Shown: positions 31,377 through 41,203 of the stretch, in pieces
Layout of the letters: every line of letters starts with the position of its first letter
Numbering within the stretch: the stretch's first letter is position 1
Assembly: GCA_963727775.1 (NCBI GenBank)
Contig: CAVSHB010000002.1
Location: forward strand, 512,001 to 576,000
Origin: an uncultured Nitrospiraceae bacterium
GTDB taxonomy: Bacteria; Nitrospirota; Thermodesulfovibrionia; Thermodesulfovibrionales; SM23-35
Direction: 5' to 3'
DNA length: 64,000 nt
The notes under the pieces: model-generated
Seen by the model: the letters and a program-made list of their open reading frames with translations, nothing else
The model's database searches: none
What the model was told of the DNA's origin: nothing
Made by a program: the position numbers and the translations under genes

Positions 31377-32498
31377 CTACGACAATTCGATAAATTCAAA
31401 TTTTCTGCTGCCCAACCCGAGTCTCTCTGTCTCTTCAACCTGGATATGGTATGGTTTCCCGCTGAGTTTAAAAAGTATGTCGTCTCCTTTTGAGATAAGT
31501 TTCTCGTCGGAAGCGGCCTGCGGCAGGGGTGGCGCTTTCAGCAGAATATCGATACTCGCCTGTTCAATCGCGACGATATCGTCGGATATCAGTATCCCCT
31601 GGTCCTGTATTACAGGCACATCGGCCATAGGCATGCAGTCGCATTCAGGCTGTATCTCGGTAAGGAAATTTATATAGATTACCTTGCGGGGTTTAAATGT
31701 GCTGAGGACCGTCTTTGCCGCCTCTGCCAGTGCCCGCATAAACCTTTCCGGGTCGCCCGGCAATGAAAGCGCCCCCGACTGGCAGACGCGCTCGCACCTG
31801 CCGCATCGCCAGCACTCATTGCTGTCCCACTGCAGTTTCTCATCGACAAATTTGATAACGCCGAGCGGGCATATCTCCATGCACTGATAACAGAGTTCAC
31901 ATTTTTTATCGTCCCAGGACAATATCCCTTCTCCTATCGTATGCATCGAGCCCCTGCCGCATTTCCAGCCGCATTCCCTGTGTCTTGAACTGATTCCCCC
32001 CATCGCAATGTTCTTAATTGCGCCCGCATAACCCGCCTGTATGTGCCCTTTTACATGGGAACATACAACCATCGCGGGAACGTCGTGTATGACACTTGCT
32101 ACTGCAATCTCCCCGAGTATCTCGCCTGCCTTTACCATGATGCTGTCGTTCCCATAAAGTCCGTCCCCAAGCACAACAGGGGCCCCGACGGAAAGGTGGT
32201 TTATCCCGTTCTGGTTAGCTACCTCAAGGTAATCGAGGCCTTTAATCCGCACAGTATCGGTGACAAAAGGTTTTGCTCCAAGCCTGTTTAACGCATCGAC
32301 GACCTTCCTCAAAAAGACCGGCCTCACTATTCTGTGGGCGCCTTCGGACCCTAAATGTGTTTTCACGGCAACCCATTCATTGGGCTCAAAATAATCGGAC
32401 AGGTTAATTTTTTCAAGAAGCTGTTCAAGCTTTCCCGGCATGCTTTCATCATATTTCCATTTCATGGCGCGCGCGGAAGCGAAATAAACTTTTGACAT
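31377..32498 (-). CDS. DUF362 Fe-S protein with ferredoxin-like insert
   Basis: SHVKGH, GAIKN, CxxCxxCxxxCP-type clusters, PECDC. Confidence 0.85.
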   Translation of the reverse strand: MSKVYFASARAMKWKYDESMPGKLEQLLEKINLSDYFEPNEWVAVKTHLGSEGAHRIVRPVFLRKVVDALNRLGAKPFVTDTVRIKGLDYLEVANQNGINHLSVGAPVVLGDGLYGNDSIMVKAGEILGEIAVASVIHDVPAMVVCSHVKGHIQAGYAGAIKNIAMGGISSRHRECGWKCGRGSMHTIGEGILSWDDKKCELCYQCMEICPLGVIKFVDEKLQWDSNECWRCGRCERVCQSGALSLPGDPERFMRALAEAAKTVLSTFKPRKVIYINFLTEIQPECDCMPMADVPVIQDQGILISDDIVAIEQASIDILLKAPPLPQAASDEKLISKGDDILFKLSGKPYHIQVEETERLGLGSRKFEFIELS

Positions 32499-32609
32499 AT
32501 TCCCTCCTTTAAATCCGTATAGGTGGCTGCTGGTTCTATTATATCAATTTTATAGGTTCAAATTTGGATAGTTTCCGTGTAAAATGGAACAAAAAAGGAA
32601 AGGAAGGCC

Positions 32610-33329
32610 ATGTATATTTTAGAGAACATAACCATGAGTGAGTTCAAGAAATACCTGAAACTGACAAAGACCATTGTGTTCCCCTTTGGGACGATTGAAG
32701 AGCATGGAAGTCATCTGCCCCTGAATACCGATACTTTCATTGTCCAAGAGGTCCTTAAGCTGGTTGCAAAAAGGAAGAAATTCTTTCTTGCTCCGGTCCT
32801 TCAGTACGGCGTGTGCACTACAACGAAAGACCATCCCGGAACTATAAGCATTGCCCCGGAGACATTGCGGAGATTTTCGTTCGACCTTGTGAATGAAGCG
32901 TATAAAAAAGGATTGAGGAACTTCCTGCTTATTTCAGGCCACGGCGGAAGCCTCCATATGTCGGCGCTGAAGGAGACGGCAGAAATATTGATAGAAAATT
33001 TGGAAGGCATAAAAATTGGTGTATTGTCACCTTATGATGTCTTATGGAAGGAACTTTCTGGGATCGCTGAAACTCCGAATGATTCTCACGCAGGCGAGCT
33101 CGAAACATCGATAATGCTCTATTTATCGCCTGACCTGGTAAAGGGAAGGGCAGCTGAAGAGTATCCCAATATTCCAAAACCTTTTGTCGTAAAGGATAAG
33201 GTCGGATACTGGCCGGGGGGCGTATGGGGGAACCCGAAAAAGGCATCGCCGGAAAAAGGGGAAAAGGCGATGAAGCTTATTGCCGATAAGATCGTTGAAA
33301 TATTGGACAAGATCGAGTCGATGAAATAG
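32610..33329 (+). CDS. Creatininase family protein
   Basis: EEHGSHLP-x-x-TD, HPGT, GHGG, HAGELETS. Confidence 0.9.
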   Translation: MYILENITMSEFKKYLKLTKTIVFPFGTIEEHGSHLPLNTDTFIVQEVLKLVAKRKKFFLAPVLQYGVCTTTKDHPGTISIAPETLRRFSFDLVNEAYKKGLRNFLLISGHGGSLHMSALKETAEILIENLEGIKIGVLSPYDVLWKELSGIAETPNDSHAGELETSIMLYLSPDLVKGRAAEEYPNIPKPFVVKDKVGYWPGGVWGNPKKASPEKGEKAMKLIADKIVEILDKIESMK

Positions 33330-33490
33330 CAGTTATCCCGGATACTCTATATATCAATAAAGAATAGCAATATTATAGAATTTTAAGCCTCCTATCAGTA
33401 TTCAGCTCGTTCTGCGTAAATAAATTATACCCATATTAATACCCATATATTGGTATTGCTATGTTAGCCTATCTATGGTATAGTGGACAT

Positions 33491-33778
33491 ATGAGGAAAG
33501 TCCGTTTTGAATGGGATGAGCAGAAAGATAAGGAAAACCAAGCGAAACACAATATCGCTTTTTCATTAGCTCAACATGCTTTTCTTGATCCCAACCGTGT
33601 GATAGTTGAAGATGTTAATCATAGCACAGAAGAGGAACGATTTTACTGCATTGGCCGCGTAGGTGATGGCATAATGACCGTAAGGTTTTCTTATAGAGGT
33701 AACGTTATCCGCAGCCATGGTGCGGGATATTGGAGAAAAGGGAGGAAAATATATGAAGACCAAAATAAAGTACACTGA
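33491..33778 (+). CDS. BrnT family toxin
   Basis: FEWDEQK-x-x-x-N-x-x-KH, HS-x-x-EER, VIR; start at MRKVRFEWD. Confidence 0.85.
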   Translation: MRKVRFEWDEQKDKENQAKHNIAFSLAQHAFLDPNRVIVEDVNHSTEEERFYCIGRVGDGIMTVRFSYRGNVIRSHGAGYWRKGRKIYEDQNKVH

Positions 33779-33992
33779 AGAACCACTGGGAGAATTGAGG
33801 ATCGTTAAGGATTTTCTTCCTAGACCGGAACAGTTAGCATTGAAGGAAGAAAACGTCAAGATTACAATTTCCCTGAAGAAATCAAGCATTGAATTTTTCA
33901 AAAAAAAGGCTAAAGAGCAGCATACGTCGTATCAGAAAATGATCCGTCGGCTTGTAGATTGGTATACCTCACAACATCAAAAGAACGCATAA
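33753..33992 (+). CDS. BrnA/CopG-like antitoxin
   Basis: DFLP-x-PE-x-L, KITISL, FFK, YQKMIR; overlaps the toxin, GGAGG RBS. Confidence 0.8.
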   Translation: MKTKIKYTEEPLGELRIVKDFLPRPEQLALKEENVKITISLKKSSIEFFKKKAKEQHTSYQKMIRRLVDWYTSQHQKNA

Positions 33993-34052
33993 CAAATCAG
34001 TTTACAGGTTGCGGCAATACTGCCGCCGCATCTGTGAGTTCAGTCGTTATGC
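33987..34052 (+). mobile_element. attC-like integron cassette recombination site
   Basis: GCATAAC (contains the antitoxin stop) ... GTTATGC perfectly complementary ends, 66 bp, internal arms acag/ctgt and gcggca/tgccgc. Confidence 0.7.
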
Positions 34053-34122
34053 CAGGCAATAACAACAAACAGGTCATTCAAGCGGCTTGATTTCCTGCGC
34101 GTCATCCTTTATCCTTCTTGGT

Positions 34123-35739
34123 ATGACAGAAGAGACCACGGATTTCCTCATCATCGGGAGCGGCGTCGCGGGGCTCAGGGCCGCTATAGAGCTTGCGCCG
34201 CACGGGAACGTCCTCGTCGTAACAAAAGACAGGACCGCGGAAAGCAGCACCGAATATGCGCAGGGTGGAATCGCTGTAGCGCTGAGTGATGAAGACGAGG
34301 TCGGTATCCACTTCGAAGATACATTAAGAGCAGGTGACGGGCTTTGCAGGGAAGACGCCGTAAAAATACTCGTTGAAGAAGGACCTGAAAGGATACTCGA
34401 ACTCATATCATGGGGGGCCGAGTTTGACAAGGAAGGGACAAAGCTTGATTTTACTATGGAGGCCGCTCATTCAAGGAAGAGGGTGCTCCACGCGCACGGT
34501 GATTCCACCGGGAAAGAGCTTGAAAGGGCGCTGCTCAGTAAGGTCCGGTCATTCCCCTCCGTTAAGAAATATCCCTTTGCCTTTACGGAAGCCCTCATCG
34601 TAAATGATGGGAAGTGCTGCGGGGCAAATATCCTGGCCGGCGGCGAGACAATCGCTCTATTCGCAAAGGCGACAATTCTTGCTACGGGCGGCAGCGGTCA
34701 GATATTTTCGAAGACGACAAACCCTGCGGTAGCAACCGGAGACGGAATGGCCATTGCTTTTCGGGCGGGTGCCATCCTTAAGGACCTGGAATTTATCCAG
34801 TTCCACCCTACAGTCCTTTTTGCTCCGTCTGCCCCACAGTTTTTGTTGAGTGAAGCGATGAGAGGGGAAGGAGCAGTTTTAAGGAATATTTACAGAGAGA
34901 CATTTATGAAAGATTATCACCCCGATGCCGAGCTTGCGCCGAGGGATATAGTCACAAGGGCAATATTGTCACAGATGGTAAGGACAAAAAGCGCTCATGT
35001 TTACCTGGACCTTACTCATCTTAATGCGGATTTTATAAAGAACAGGTTCCCGAGGATTTATTCAACCTGTCTGCAATATGACATAGACATTACCAAAGAG
35101 CTCGTCCCGGTATCTCCTGCCGCCCATTATATTATGGGTGGAGTGGAAACGGACACGGACGGCGCTACGAGTATCGGAGGACTCTACGCAGCCGGTGAGG
35201 TCGCGTGCACCGGCGTGCACGGCGCCAACAGACTTGCTTCAAATAGTCTCCTTGAAGGGCTTGTCTTTGGAGCGAGGGCGGGAAAAGCCTCGGCTGAATA
35301 CGGATTGAGGGTTACGGCCGGCATGTTGCAGCATTCAGCGGCTGTCCTCAGTAAAGATGAAATGTCCCCGGATTTTCCGCGTGCAAGGGAAAGACTTCAT
35401 GCGCCGAATTTTAATTTTGACATGGAAGAGATAAGGCATTCATTAAGGAAAATAATGTGGGAGAGGGCGGGGATAATAAGGTGTGAGGAATCTCTGGGGG
35501 AAGCGAGGAAAAAACTTGCTGAATGGTCGTTTATCCTCAGCCGGGAATTTGATAAAAGGCGTGAACTCGAGCTGAAGAATATGCTTGAATTATCAATGCT
35601 GATAACGGAGTCTGCCAGTCTGAGGAGGGGCAGTGTCGGCGCGCACTACAGGTCTGATTTCCCGCAAAAAGGCGCGGGCTGGGAAAAGCATATAACTTGC
35701 AAAAAGGAAACAGAAGGAGTTGCCTGTGAGTTTGTTTAA
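34123..35739 (+). CDS. nadB: L-aspartate oxidase
   Basis: GSGVAGL, AQGGIA, EAAHS, QFHPT, LAPRDIV, HGANRLASNSLLE; start at MTEETT. Confidence 0.95.
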   Translation: MTEETTDFLIIGSGVAGLRAAIELAPHGNVLVVTKDRTAESSTEYAQGGIAVALSDEDEVGIHFEDTLRAGDGLCREDAVKILVEEGPERILELISWGAEFDKEGTKLDFTMEAAHSRKRVLHAHGDSTGKELERALLSKVRSFPSVKKYPFAFTEALIVNDGKCCGANILAGGETIALFAKATILATGGSGQIFSKTTNPAVATGDGMAIAFRAGAILKDLEFIQFHPTVLFAPSAPQFLLSEAMRGEGAVLRNIYRETFMKDYHPDAELAPRDIVTRAILSQMVRTKSAHVYLDLTHLNADFIKNRFPRIYSTCLQYDIDITKELVPVSPAAHYIMGGVETDTDGATSIGGLYAAGEVACTGVHGANRLASNSLLEGLVFGARAGKASAEYGLRVTAGMLQHSAAVLSKDEMSPDFPRARERLHAPNFNFDMEEIRHSLRKIMWERAGIIRCEESLGEARKKLAEWSFILSREFDKRRELELKNMLELSMLITESASLRRGSVGAHYRSDFPQKGAGWEKHITCKKETEGVACEFV

Positions 35740-37150
35740 TAAGAAACAGAGAAAGGCAAAGATAATCTGCACCATCGGACCAGCATCGGCGAATAGAGAG
35801 ATTATCTCCTCCTTAATAAAGAACGGGATGGACGTTGCACGGTTAAATTTTTCTCATGGAGACCATGCTGCTCATCAGAAAAGCATAGAGCTTATCCGCG
35901 ATATTTCCGGGAAATACGATAAGCCGGTTGCAATACTGCAAGATCTTCAGGGGGTGAAGATCAGGGCGGGACGTATCGAAGGAGGCGCTATTGAACTGAA
36001 AAAAGGCGGGAAACTTCTCCTGATGCCCGGCGATGGCATCGGGAATCAGGACCGGATATTTATTTCTTATCCCGCGCTTCTGAAGGACGTTAAGAAGGGA
36101 GACGGAATCCTCCTGGACGACGGCCTGATCCAGCTTGCCGTTATCGGAAAGGCAATAAACGCCTTGAGGACAAAGGTAATAGAAGGGGGTACATTAAGAG
36201 ACAGAAAGGGGGTCAATTTCCCCGGGCTGAAATTGTCCGTCAGATCGTTTACCGCAAAGGACAAAGAGGACCTGCTGTTTGGAATTCATATGGGAATAGA
36301 TTACGTCGCCATATCTTTTGTGCGGGAGGCCGGTGATATAAGAAAGGTCAGAGATTTGCTTAAAAGAAAGAATCAGCATGTCCCAATCATTGCGAAAATA
36401 GAGAAGCCCGAGGCATTGGATAATATTGATGAAATACTCTCAGAGGCTGACGGAATAATGATAGCAAGGGGAGACCTCGGCGTGGAGATGCCCCCTGAAG
36501 AAGTCCCGCTGATTCAGAAAGGGCTGATTGAAAAGGCCAACAACAAAGGTAAGACCGTGATCACCGCAACACAAATGCTCGAATCAATGACGGAACATCT
36601 TAGGCCGACAAGAGCGGAGGCAACGGACGTCGCCAATGCGGTGCTTGACGGGACAGATGCGTTAATGCTCTCTGCTGAAACGGCAACCGGGAATTACCCT
36701 GTTGAGACGGTAAGAATGATGGACAGGATTATACGGCATACAGAGTATATGAAGGCGGGCGCGGCTTCATATACGCGTGGCAATACATATGCAGAAGCTA
36801 CTGCGGATGCGGCCTGCAGGGCTGCCGAGGATATAGATGCAAAAGTGCTGGTTGCCTTTACCCAATCGGGTTTTACTGCAAGGCTTTTGTCGAAGTTCAG
36901 ACCCGGAGTCCCGATTATTGCTTTTGCCCCTGATGAAAAAATAAGAAACAGGGGATGCATCTATTGGGGAGTCACGCCGAAAATAATGAAGCTGCCCGCA
37001 ACTACTGACGAGATGATATCCGAAGTGGAAAGGCTGCTGGTGAAGGAGCATATTGTGAGAAAAGGCGACAGCATCGTAATTACGTCGAGTTCGCCGTTAT
37101 CAACGCAAGGAAAGACTAATTTCATGAAACTCCACAGGATAGAAGAATAA
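35720..37150 (+). CDS. pyk: Pyruvate kinase
   Basis: [43 protein letters not shown]. Confidence 0.97.
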   Translation: MPVSLFNKKQRKAKIICTIGPASANREIISSLIKNGMDVARLNFSHGDHAAHQKSIELIRDISGKYDKPVAILQDLQGVKIRAGRIEGGAIELKKGGKLLLMPGDGIGNQDRIFISYPALLKDVKKGDGILLDDGLIQLAVIGKAINALRTKVIEGGTLRDRKGVNFPGLKLSVRSFTAKDKEDLLFGIHMGIDYVAISFVREAGDIRKVRDLLKRKNQHVPIIAKIEKPEALDNIDEILSEADGIMIARGDLGVEMPPEEVPLIQKGLIEKANNKGKTVITATQMLESMTEHLRPTRAEATDVANAVLDGTDALMLSAETATGNYPVETVRMMDRIIRHTEYMKAGAASYTRGNTYAEATADAACRAAEDIDAKVLVAFTQSGFTARLLSKFRPGVPIIAFAPDEKIRNRGCIYWGVTPKIMKLPATTDEMISEVERLLVKEHIVRKGDSIVITSSSPLSTQGKTNFMKLHRIEE

Positions 37151-37172
37151 AATTGTATTATATCGAGGAGAG

Positions 37173-39173
37173 ATGAATATCTTCAAAAAATCGGATGACA
37201 AACAACAGCTTGCCGCCATAGAAGAATTCCGGCAAAAGATCGCCTCGGCAAATATGCCGCCCAATGTCCTGCAGATCGCCGAGAAAGAACTTGATATGCT
37301 GTCGAAGATAAGCCCGGCAACAGCGGAATATACAATAAGTCTCACTTATATTGATTATCTGGTCGGCCTTCCCTGGAACAAAAAGACATCCGACAATCTC
37401 GATCTCGAAAGGGCCGAAAGTATTTTGAATGAAAGGCATTATGGCCTGAGTGAAGTCAAGGAAAGGATCATCGAGCACCTGGCGGTCAAGATACTGGTGA
37501 TGAACAAAAGACCCGTGATCCTGGTGGTTGATGATGAGGAGATTGCGAGGAACAATCTTGAGCATATCCTGGAAAAAGAAGACTATACGGTGGTCGTCGC
37601 AAAAAACGGGATGGAGGCCGTTGAAAAGATAGAGACCTCTGTTTTTGATGTTGTCCTGACCGATCTTAAGATGGAAAAAGTCAACGGGATCGACGTTCTT
37701 GAAAAGACAAAAAGCAAATATCCGGACACACAGGTCATTATGATTACCGCTTATGCAGCGGTTGATACGGCCATAGAGGCCATGAAAAGAGGTGCGTTCC
37801 ATTATATCGCAAAACCGTTCAGGCTTGAAGAGGTAAGATCGACCGTTAAACAGGCGCTTGACAGGAAGCTTTCTTCGGTTTCCGCAAAGGGATCTATCCT
37901 TTGTTTCTCAGGTCCTCCAGGTACCGGCAAGACTTCGCTGGGCAAGTCCGTTGCGGAGGCTTTGGGTAGAAAATTCGCGAGGATTTCGGTTGGAGGTATG
38001 AAAGACGAGGCCGAGATAAGAGGCCATAGGAGGACATACGCCGGCGCGATGCCCGGACGGATCATCGAAGAAATCCGCCGCGCGGAGTTTTCCAACCCCG
38101 TCATCATGCTGGATGAAGCAGACAAAATCGGTCAGGATTTTAAAGGGGATCCCGCTTCTGCATTGCTGGAGGTCCTCGATCCGGAGCAGAACCGGAGTTT
38201 CATCGACCATTACCTGGACGTGCCGTTTGATCTTTCAAATGTCATGTTTATTGTGACGGCCAATATTGCAGACAATATCCAGGAACCCCTCAGGGACCGC
38301 ATGGAAATAATAGATTTCTCCGGTTATACGGAAGATGAAAAAACGAAGATAGCGATGCGCCACCTGGTACCTAAACAGATCCGGGAACAGGGACTGTCGG
38401 ATTATCCGCCTGAATTTGACGTTGAGGCAGTAGTTAAGGTAATCAACGATTATACCAGGGAGGCCGGCACAAGGAACCTTGAAAGGCAGATTTCCACTAT
38501 CTGCCGGAAGATTGCGACGGAGTTTGTACATCACAGAGAAACGAAACGGAGTATTAAGGTGACACCGGAGCTGGTCCAGAGGTTTTTAGGCCCGAGAAGG
38601 TATTACCTTGAGGTCGCGGATGAAAAGAATAAGGTCGGTGTTGTGACGGGTCTCGTATGGACCGAGGCAGGCGGGGATATAATCTTTGTAGAGGCGGCGC
38701 GGATGAAAGGCGGGAGAGACCTCATCCTCACCGGGTCGCTCGGAAACGTTATGCGCGAATCCGCCCAGGCGGCCTTAAGCTATATACGTAGCAACGCCGC
38801 TTTTTTCAATATCCCGGAAGATGTGTTCGAGAATAGCGATATACACATCCACGTCCCTGCCGGAGCCATTCCGAAGGACGGCCCTTCCGCCGGCGTTACA
38901 ATAGCGGCTTCCCTCATCTCGCTTTTAAAGGGAAGTCCCGCAAGACGCGACGTCGCGATTTCAGGCGAGATAACCTTGAGCGGCCGGATACTTCCGGTCG
39001 GAGGGGTCAAAGAAAAATTGCTTGCAGCGCGGCGGGCAGGGGTCAGGGTTGTAATATTGCCTTTCAAAAATAAAGTGGATGTAGAAAATCTCGCCGGGGA
39101 TGTTAAAGCCGGATTGGAAATCTTCCTTGTGGACAAGATAGAAGAGATTGTTGATAGGGTGCTGACAAAGTAA
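37173..39173 (+). CDS. lon: Lon protease variant lacking the N-terminal domain, with an internal receiver (REC) domain
   Basis: [49 protein letters not shown] (VVDDE, LTDLKM, ITAY, AKPF) at about 37510-37870. Confidence 0.93.
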   Translation: MNIFKKSDDKQQLAAIEEFRQKIASANMPPNVLQIAEKELDMLSKISPATAEYTISLTYIDYLVGLPWNKKTSDNLDLERAESILNERHYGLSEVKERIIEHLAVKILVMNKRPVILVVDDEEIARNNLEHILEKEDYTVVVAKNGMEAVEKIETSVFDVVLTDLKMEKVNGIDVLEKTKSKYPDTQVIMITAYAAVDTAIEAMKRGAFHYIAKPFRLEEVRSTVKQALDRKLSSVSAKGSILCFSGPPGTGKTSLGKSVAEALGRKFARISVGGMKDEAEIRGHRRTYAGAMPGRIIEEIRRAEFSNPVIMLDEADKIGQDFKGDPASALLEVLDPEQNRSFIDHYLDVPFDLSNVMFIVTANIADNIQEPLRDRMEIIDFSGYTEDEKTKIAMRHLVPKQIREQGLSDYPPEFDVEAVVKVINDYTREAGTRNLERQISTICRKIATEFVHHRETKRSIKVTPELVQRFLGPRRYYLEVADEKNKVGVVTGLVWTEAGGDIIFVEAARMKGGRDLILTGSLGNVMRESAQAALSYIRSNAAFFNIPEDVFENSDIHIHVPAGAIPKDGPSAGVTIAASLISLLKGSPARRDVAISGEITLSGRILPVGGVKEKLLAARRAGVRVVILPFKNKVDVENLAGDVKAGLEIFLVDKIEEIVDRVLTK

Positions 39174-39240
39174 CTTCACTCTGAAATCTGTGGCTTTTAC
39201 TCTGCCGGCACCTTACCAACAATCTCTTCTGCGGTCTGTT

Positions 39241-39420
39241 TTATTGCCTTTGTATACCGGGGGCCCTGAGTTCTTTTCTGCTCCTGGCCGCAGGCGATAT
39301 TCGGTCTGTTTTTTGCGGTTGTGCCTGTCCCAGCAATTCTCTGGCGGTGTTGAAATCCCCTTCTTCCGCAAAGGCCGCTGCTGCGAACATTGTTTCTAAC
39401 TTTTTTGCTAATCCTTTCAT
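39241..39420 (-). CDS. Small protein (59 aa) with AAAFAEEG motif
   Basis: MKGLAKKLETMFAAAAFAEEGDFNTARELLGQAQPQKTDRISPAARSRKELRAPGIQRQ*; just under the ORF-track cutoff; fills the gap behind a sigma-54-like promoter. Confidence 0.7.
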   Translation of the reverse strand: MKGLAKKLETMFAAAAFAEEGDFNTARELLGQAQPQKTDRISPAARSRKELRAPGIQRQ

Positions 39421-39450
39421 ATCTATTCTACTTTCTGACCTGTTATATAC

Positions 39451-39466
39451 TCATTTTTCATGCCAG
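39451..39466 (-). promoter_or_regulatory. Sigma-54-like -24/-12 promoter
   Basis: Minus strand CTGGCATGAAAAATGA: GG-N10-GA (GC to GA variant), 30 bp upstream of the small ORF. Confidence 0.5.
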
Positions 39467-39544
39467 CATTTTTATTGTTATGTAACATATTGTTTAATAT
39501 TATTTTATTTGGATTGTGGGACATGCCGGCCTTCAATACAGACT

Positions 39545-39561
39545 TGATGCACAATGCAACA
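39545..39561. promoter_or_regulatory. Candidate enhancer-binding-protein upstream site
   Basis: Near-palindrome TGATGCA-CAA-TGCAACA about 80 bp upstream of the sigma-54-like promoter. Confidence 0.4.
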
Positions 39562-39697
39562 AAACCGCCGGTCACAATTTTCAAGGGGAGCATGGGGAGT
39601 AAAGACCGGTATCCTACTAAGCGGTTTTCGTACTATTACCTACTGTGTTGCAGAAAAAAGGTTAAGCATTGCTTTTTGCAATAGGAGGGTGTAAAAT

Positions 39698-41203
39698 TTG
39701 AATATGTTCAGATATAAGCCTAGCATAAGGAAAAAAATCATATTCGGATATTATGCCGGGATCGCCGTAATCATCTGGCTTTCTCTGTTTACCGTTATAG
39801 AGCTTTGGTATATAGAGAAAAAGGTGCAGTTCGGAGACGTCGTTACTGAATTCTTCGATACTACTCTTGAAATGAGGAGGTTCGAAAAAAATTTCTTTTT
39901 ATACGAAAAAAATGAAGACTATCTGGAAAATATGCAATACGTTGTGAAGGCACAGAACATACTCGACAAAAATATTAAGGGATATAAAGGGCTCGTAATC
40001 GCCCAGCAATTGGACATACTGCATGAGGACCTTAATGAATACGGATCGTTGATGGAGCGGTTCGCCGTGCTTGGCGGGAACAATGTCGACGTTAAGTCAA
40101 ATTTGGAGAAAGCGATACGGGCAAAGGGCAAGGAGATCATAACGATTTCCGAAGAAGTCTCAAAGATCGAGAAAGAAAGGCTCCAGGCATTGTTGAATAA
40201 AACCCGGAAGGTGCTCATCTTCTCGTTTATCTCCCTCTCTCTGTTGGGGATTGCAATAGGTCAGCTTCTGTCGAGGATGGTAGTAAAACCCTTGAAGGCG
40301 CTGGAAGAAAGGATGAAGCTGATATCAGAGGGGAAACTCGAGACCGTGTCGATAAAGTCAAAGGACCAGGAGATCGTGTCACTTACAAACGCCTTCAACA
40401 AAATGCTGAAGGAACTCGAAGTGAGACGGAAACATCTTGTCCAGAGAGAAAAGCTTGCATCGCTCGGGACATTGCTGTCAGGTGTCGCCCATGAGCTAAA
40501 CAACCCGTTGTCAAATATCTCATCCTCGTGCCAGATACTCATCGAAGAATTCGGCGACCCCGATATTGAATATCAGAAGGAGCTTCTCGGGCAGATCGAC
40601 GAACAGACGGACAGGGCAAAAAATATTGTCCGGTCATTGCTGGATTTTTCGAGGGACAAGGACTTCAAGAAGGAATACCTGCCGCTGAAGAAGATTTTTG
40701 AAGAGACAATCCTGTTCATTAGAGGTGAAATCCCGTCGAAGGTGCAAACCGTCCTCGATATCCCGGACGATATTGTTGTTTTTGCCGACAAGCAGAGGCT
40801 CGAACAGGCATTTTTGAACCTGATAAAAAACGCCGTCGATTCCATCCCGGACGAAGGCGGCGTGGTCATTAAGGCGAGAAAGCGGGCTTTCAGACCTGAG
40901 CAAGGAGAGAAAGCAGCGGGGTGTGTTTATGAAAGATACAAGGGGAAGTGCACAGGCACCTGCCCTTCTGAAGAGGACACTGTCGATATCGAGATCAGCG
41001 ACACAGGGGAAGGGATCCCTCCGGAGGTCCTTTCGAGAATATTCGACCCGTTTTTTACCACAAAGGATGTCGGAAAGGGTTCAGGTCTCGGACTTTTTAT
41101 AGTGCAGGAAATAATAGAAGAGCATGACGGCTGTATCGGGGTCGACAGCGAGTTCGGGAAAGGGACTTCTTTTTTAATAATATTACCTGTGAAGGAGCGA
41201 TGA
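39698..41203 (+). CDS. HAMP-domain sensor histidine kinase
   Basis: Two TMs flanking a periplasmic domain (RRFEKNFFLY), HAMP, AHELNNPL, DTGEGI, GSGLGL; start TTG 39698 or ATG 39704. Confidence 0.93.
   Translation: MNMFRYKPSIRKKIIFGYYAGIAVIIWLSLFTVIELWYIEKKVQFGDVVTEFFDTTLEMRRFEKNFFLYEKNEDYLENMQYVVKAQNILDKNIKGYKGLVIAQQLDILHEDLNEYGSLMERFAVLGGNNVDVKSNLEKAIRAKGKEIITISEEVSKIEKERLQALLNKTRKVLIFSFISLSLLGIAIGQLLSRMVVKPLKALEERMKLISEGKLETVSIKSKDQEIVSLTNAFNKMLKELEVRRKHLVQREKLASLGTLLSGVAHELNNPLSNISSSCQILIEEFGDPDIEYQKELLGQIDEQTDRAKNIVRSLLDFSRDKDFKKEYLPLKKIFEETILFIRGEIPSKVQTVLDIPDDIVVFADKQRLEQAFLNLIKNAVDSIPDEGGVVIKARKRAFRPEQGEKAAGCVYERYKGKCTGTCPSEEDTVDIEISDTGEGIPPEVLSRIFDPFFTTKDVGKGSGLGLFIVQEIIEEHDGCIGVDSEFGKGTSFLIILPVKER

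Noticed and set aside
39190..39684. Three short + strand ORFs between lon and the kinase
   Set aside because: No motifs or RBS; they overlap the better-supported minus-strand 59-aa ORF and its regulatory region
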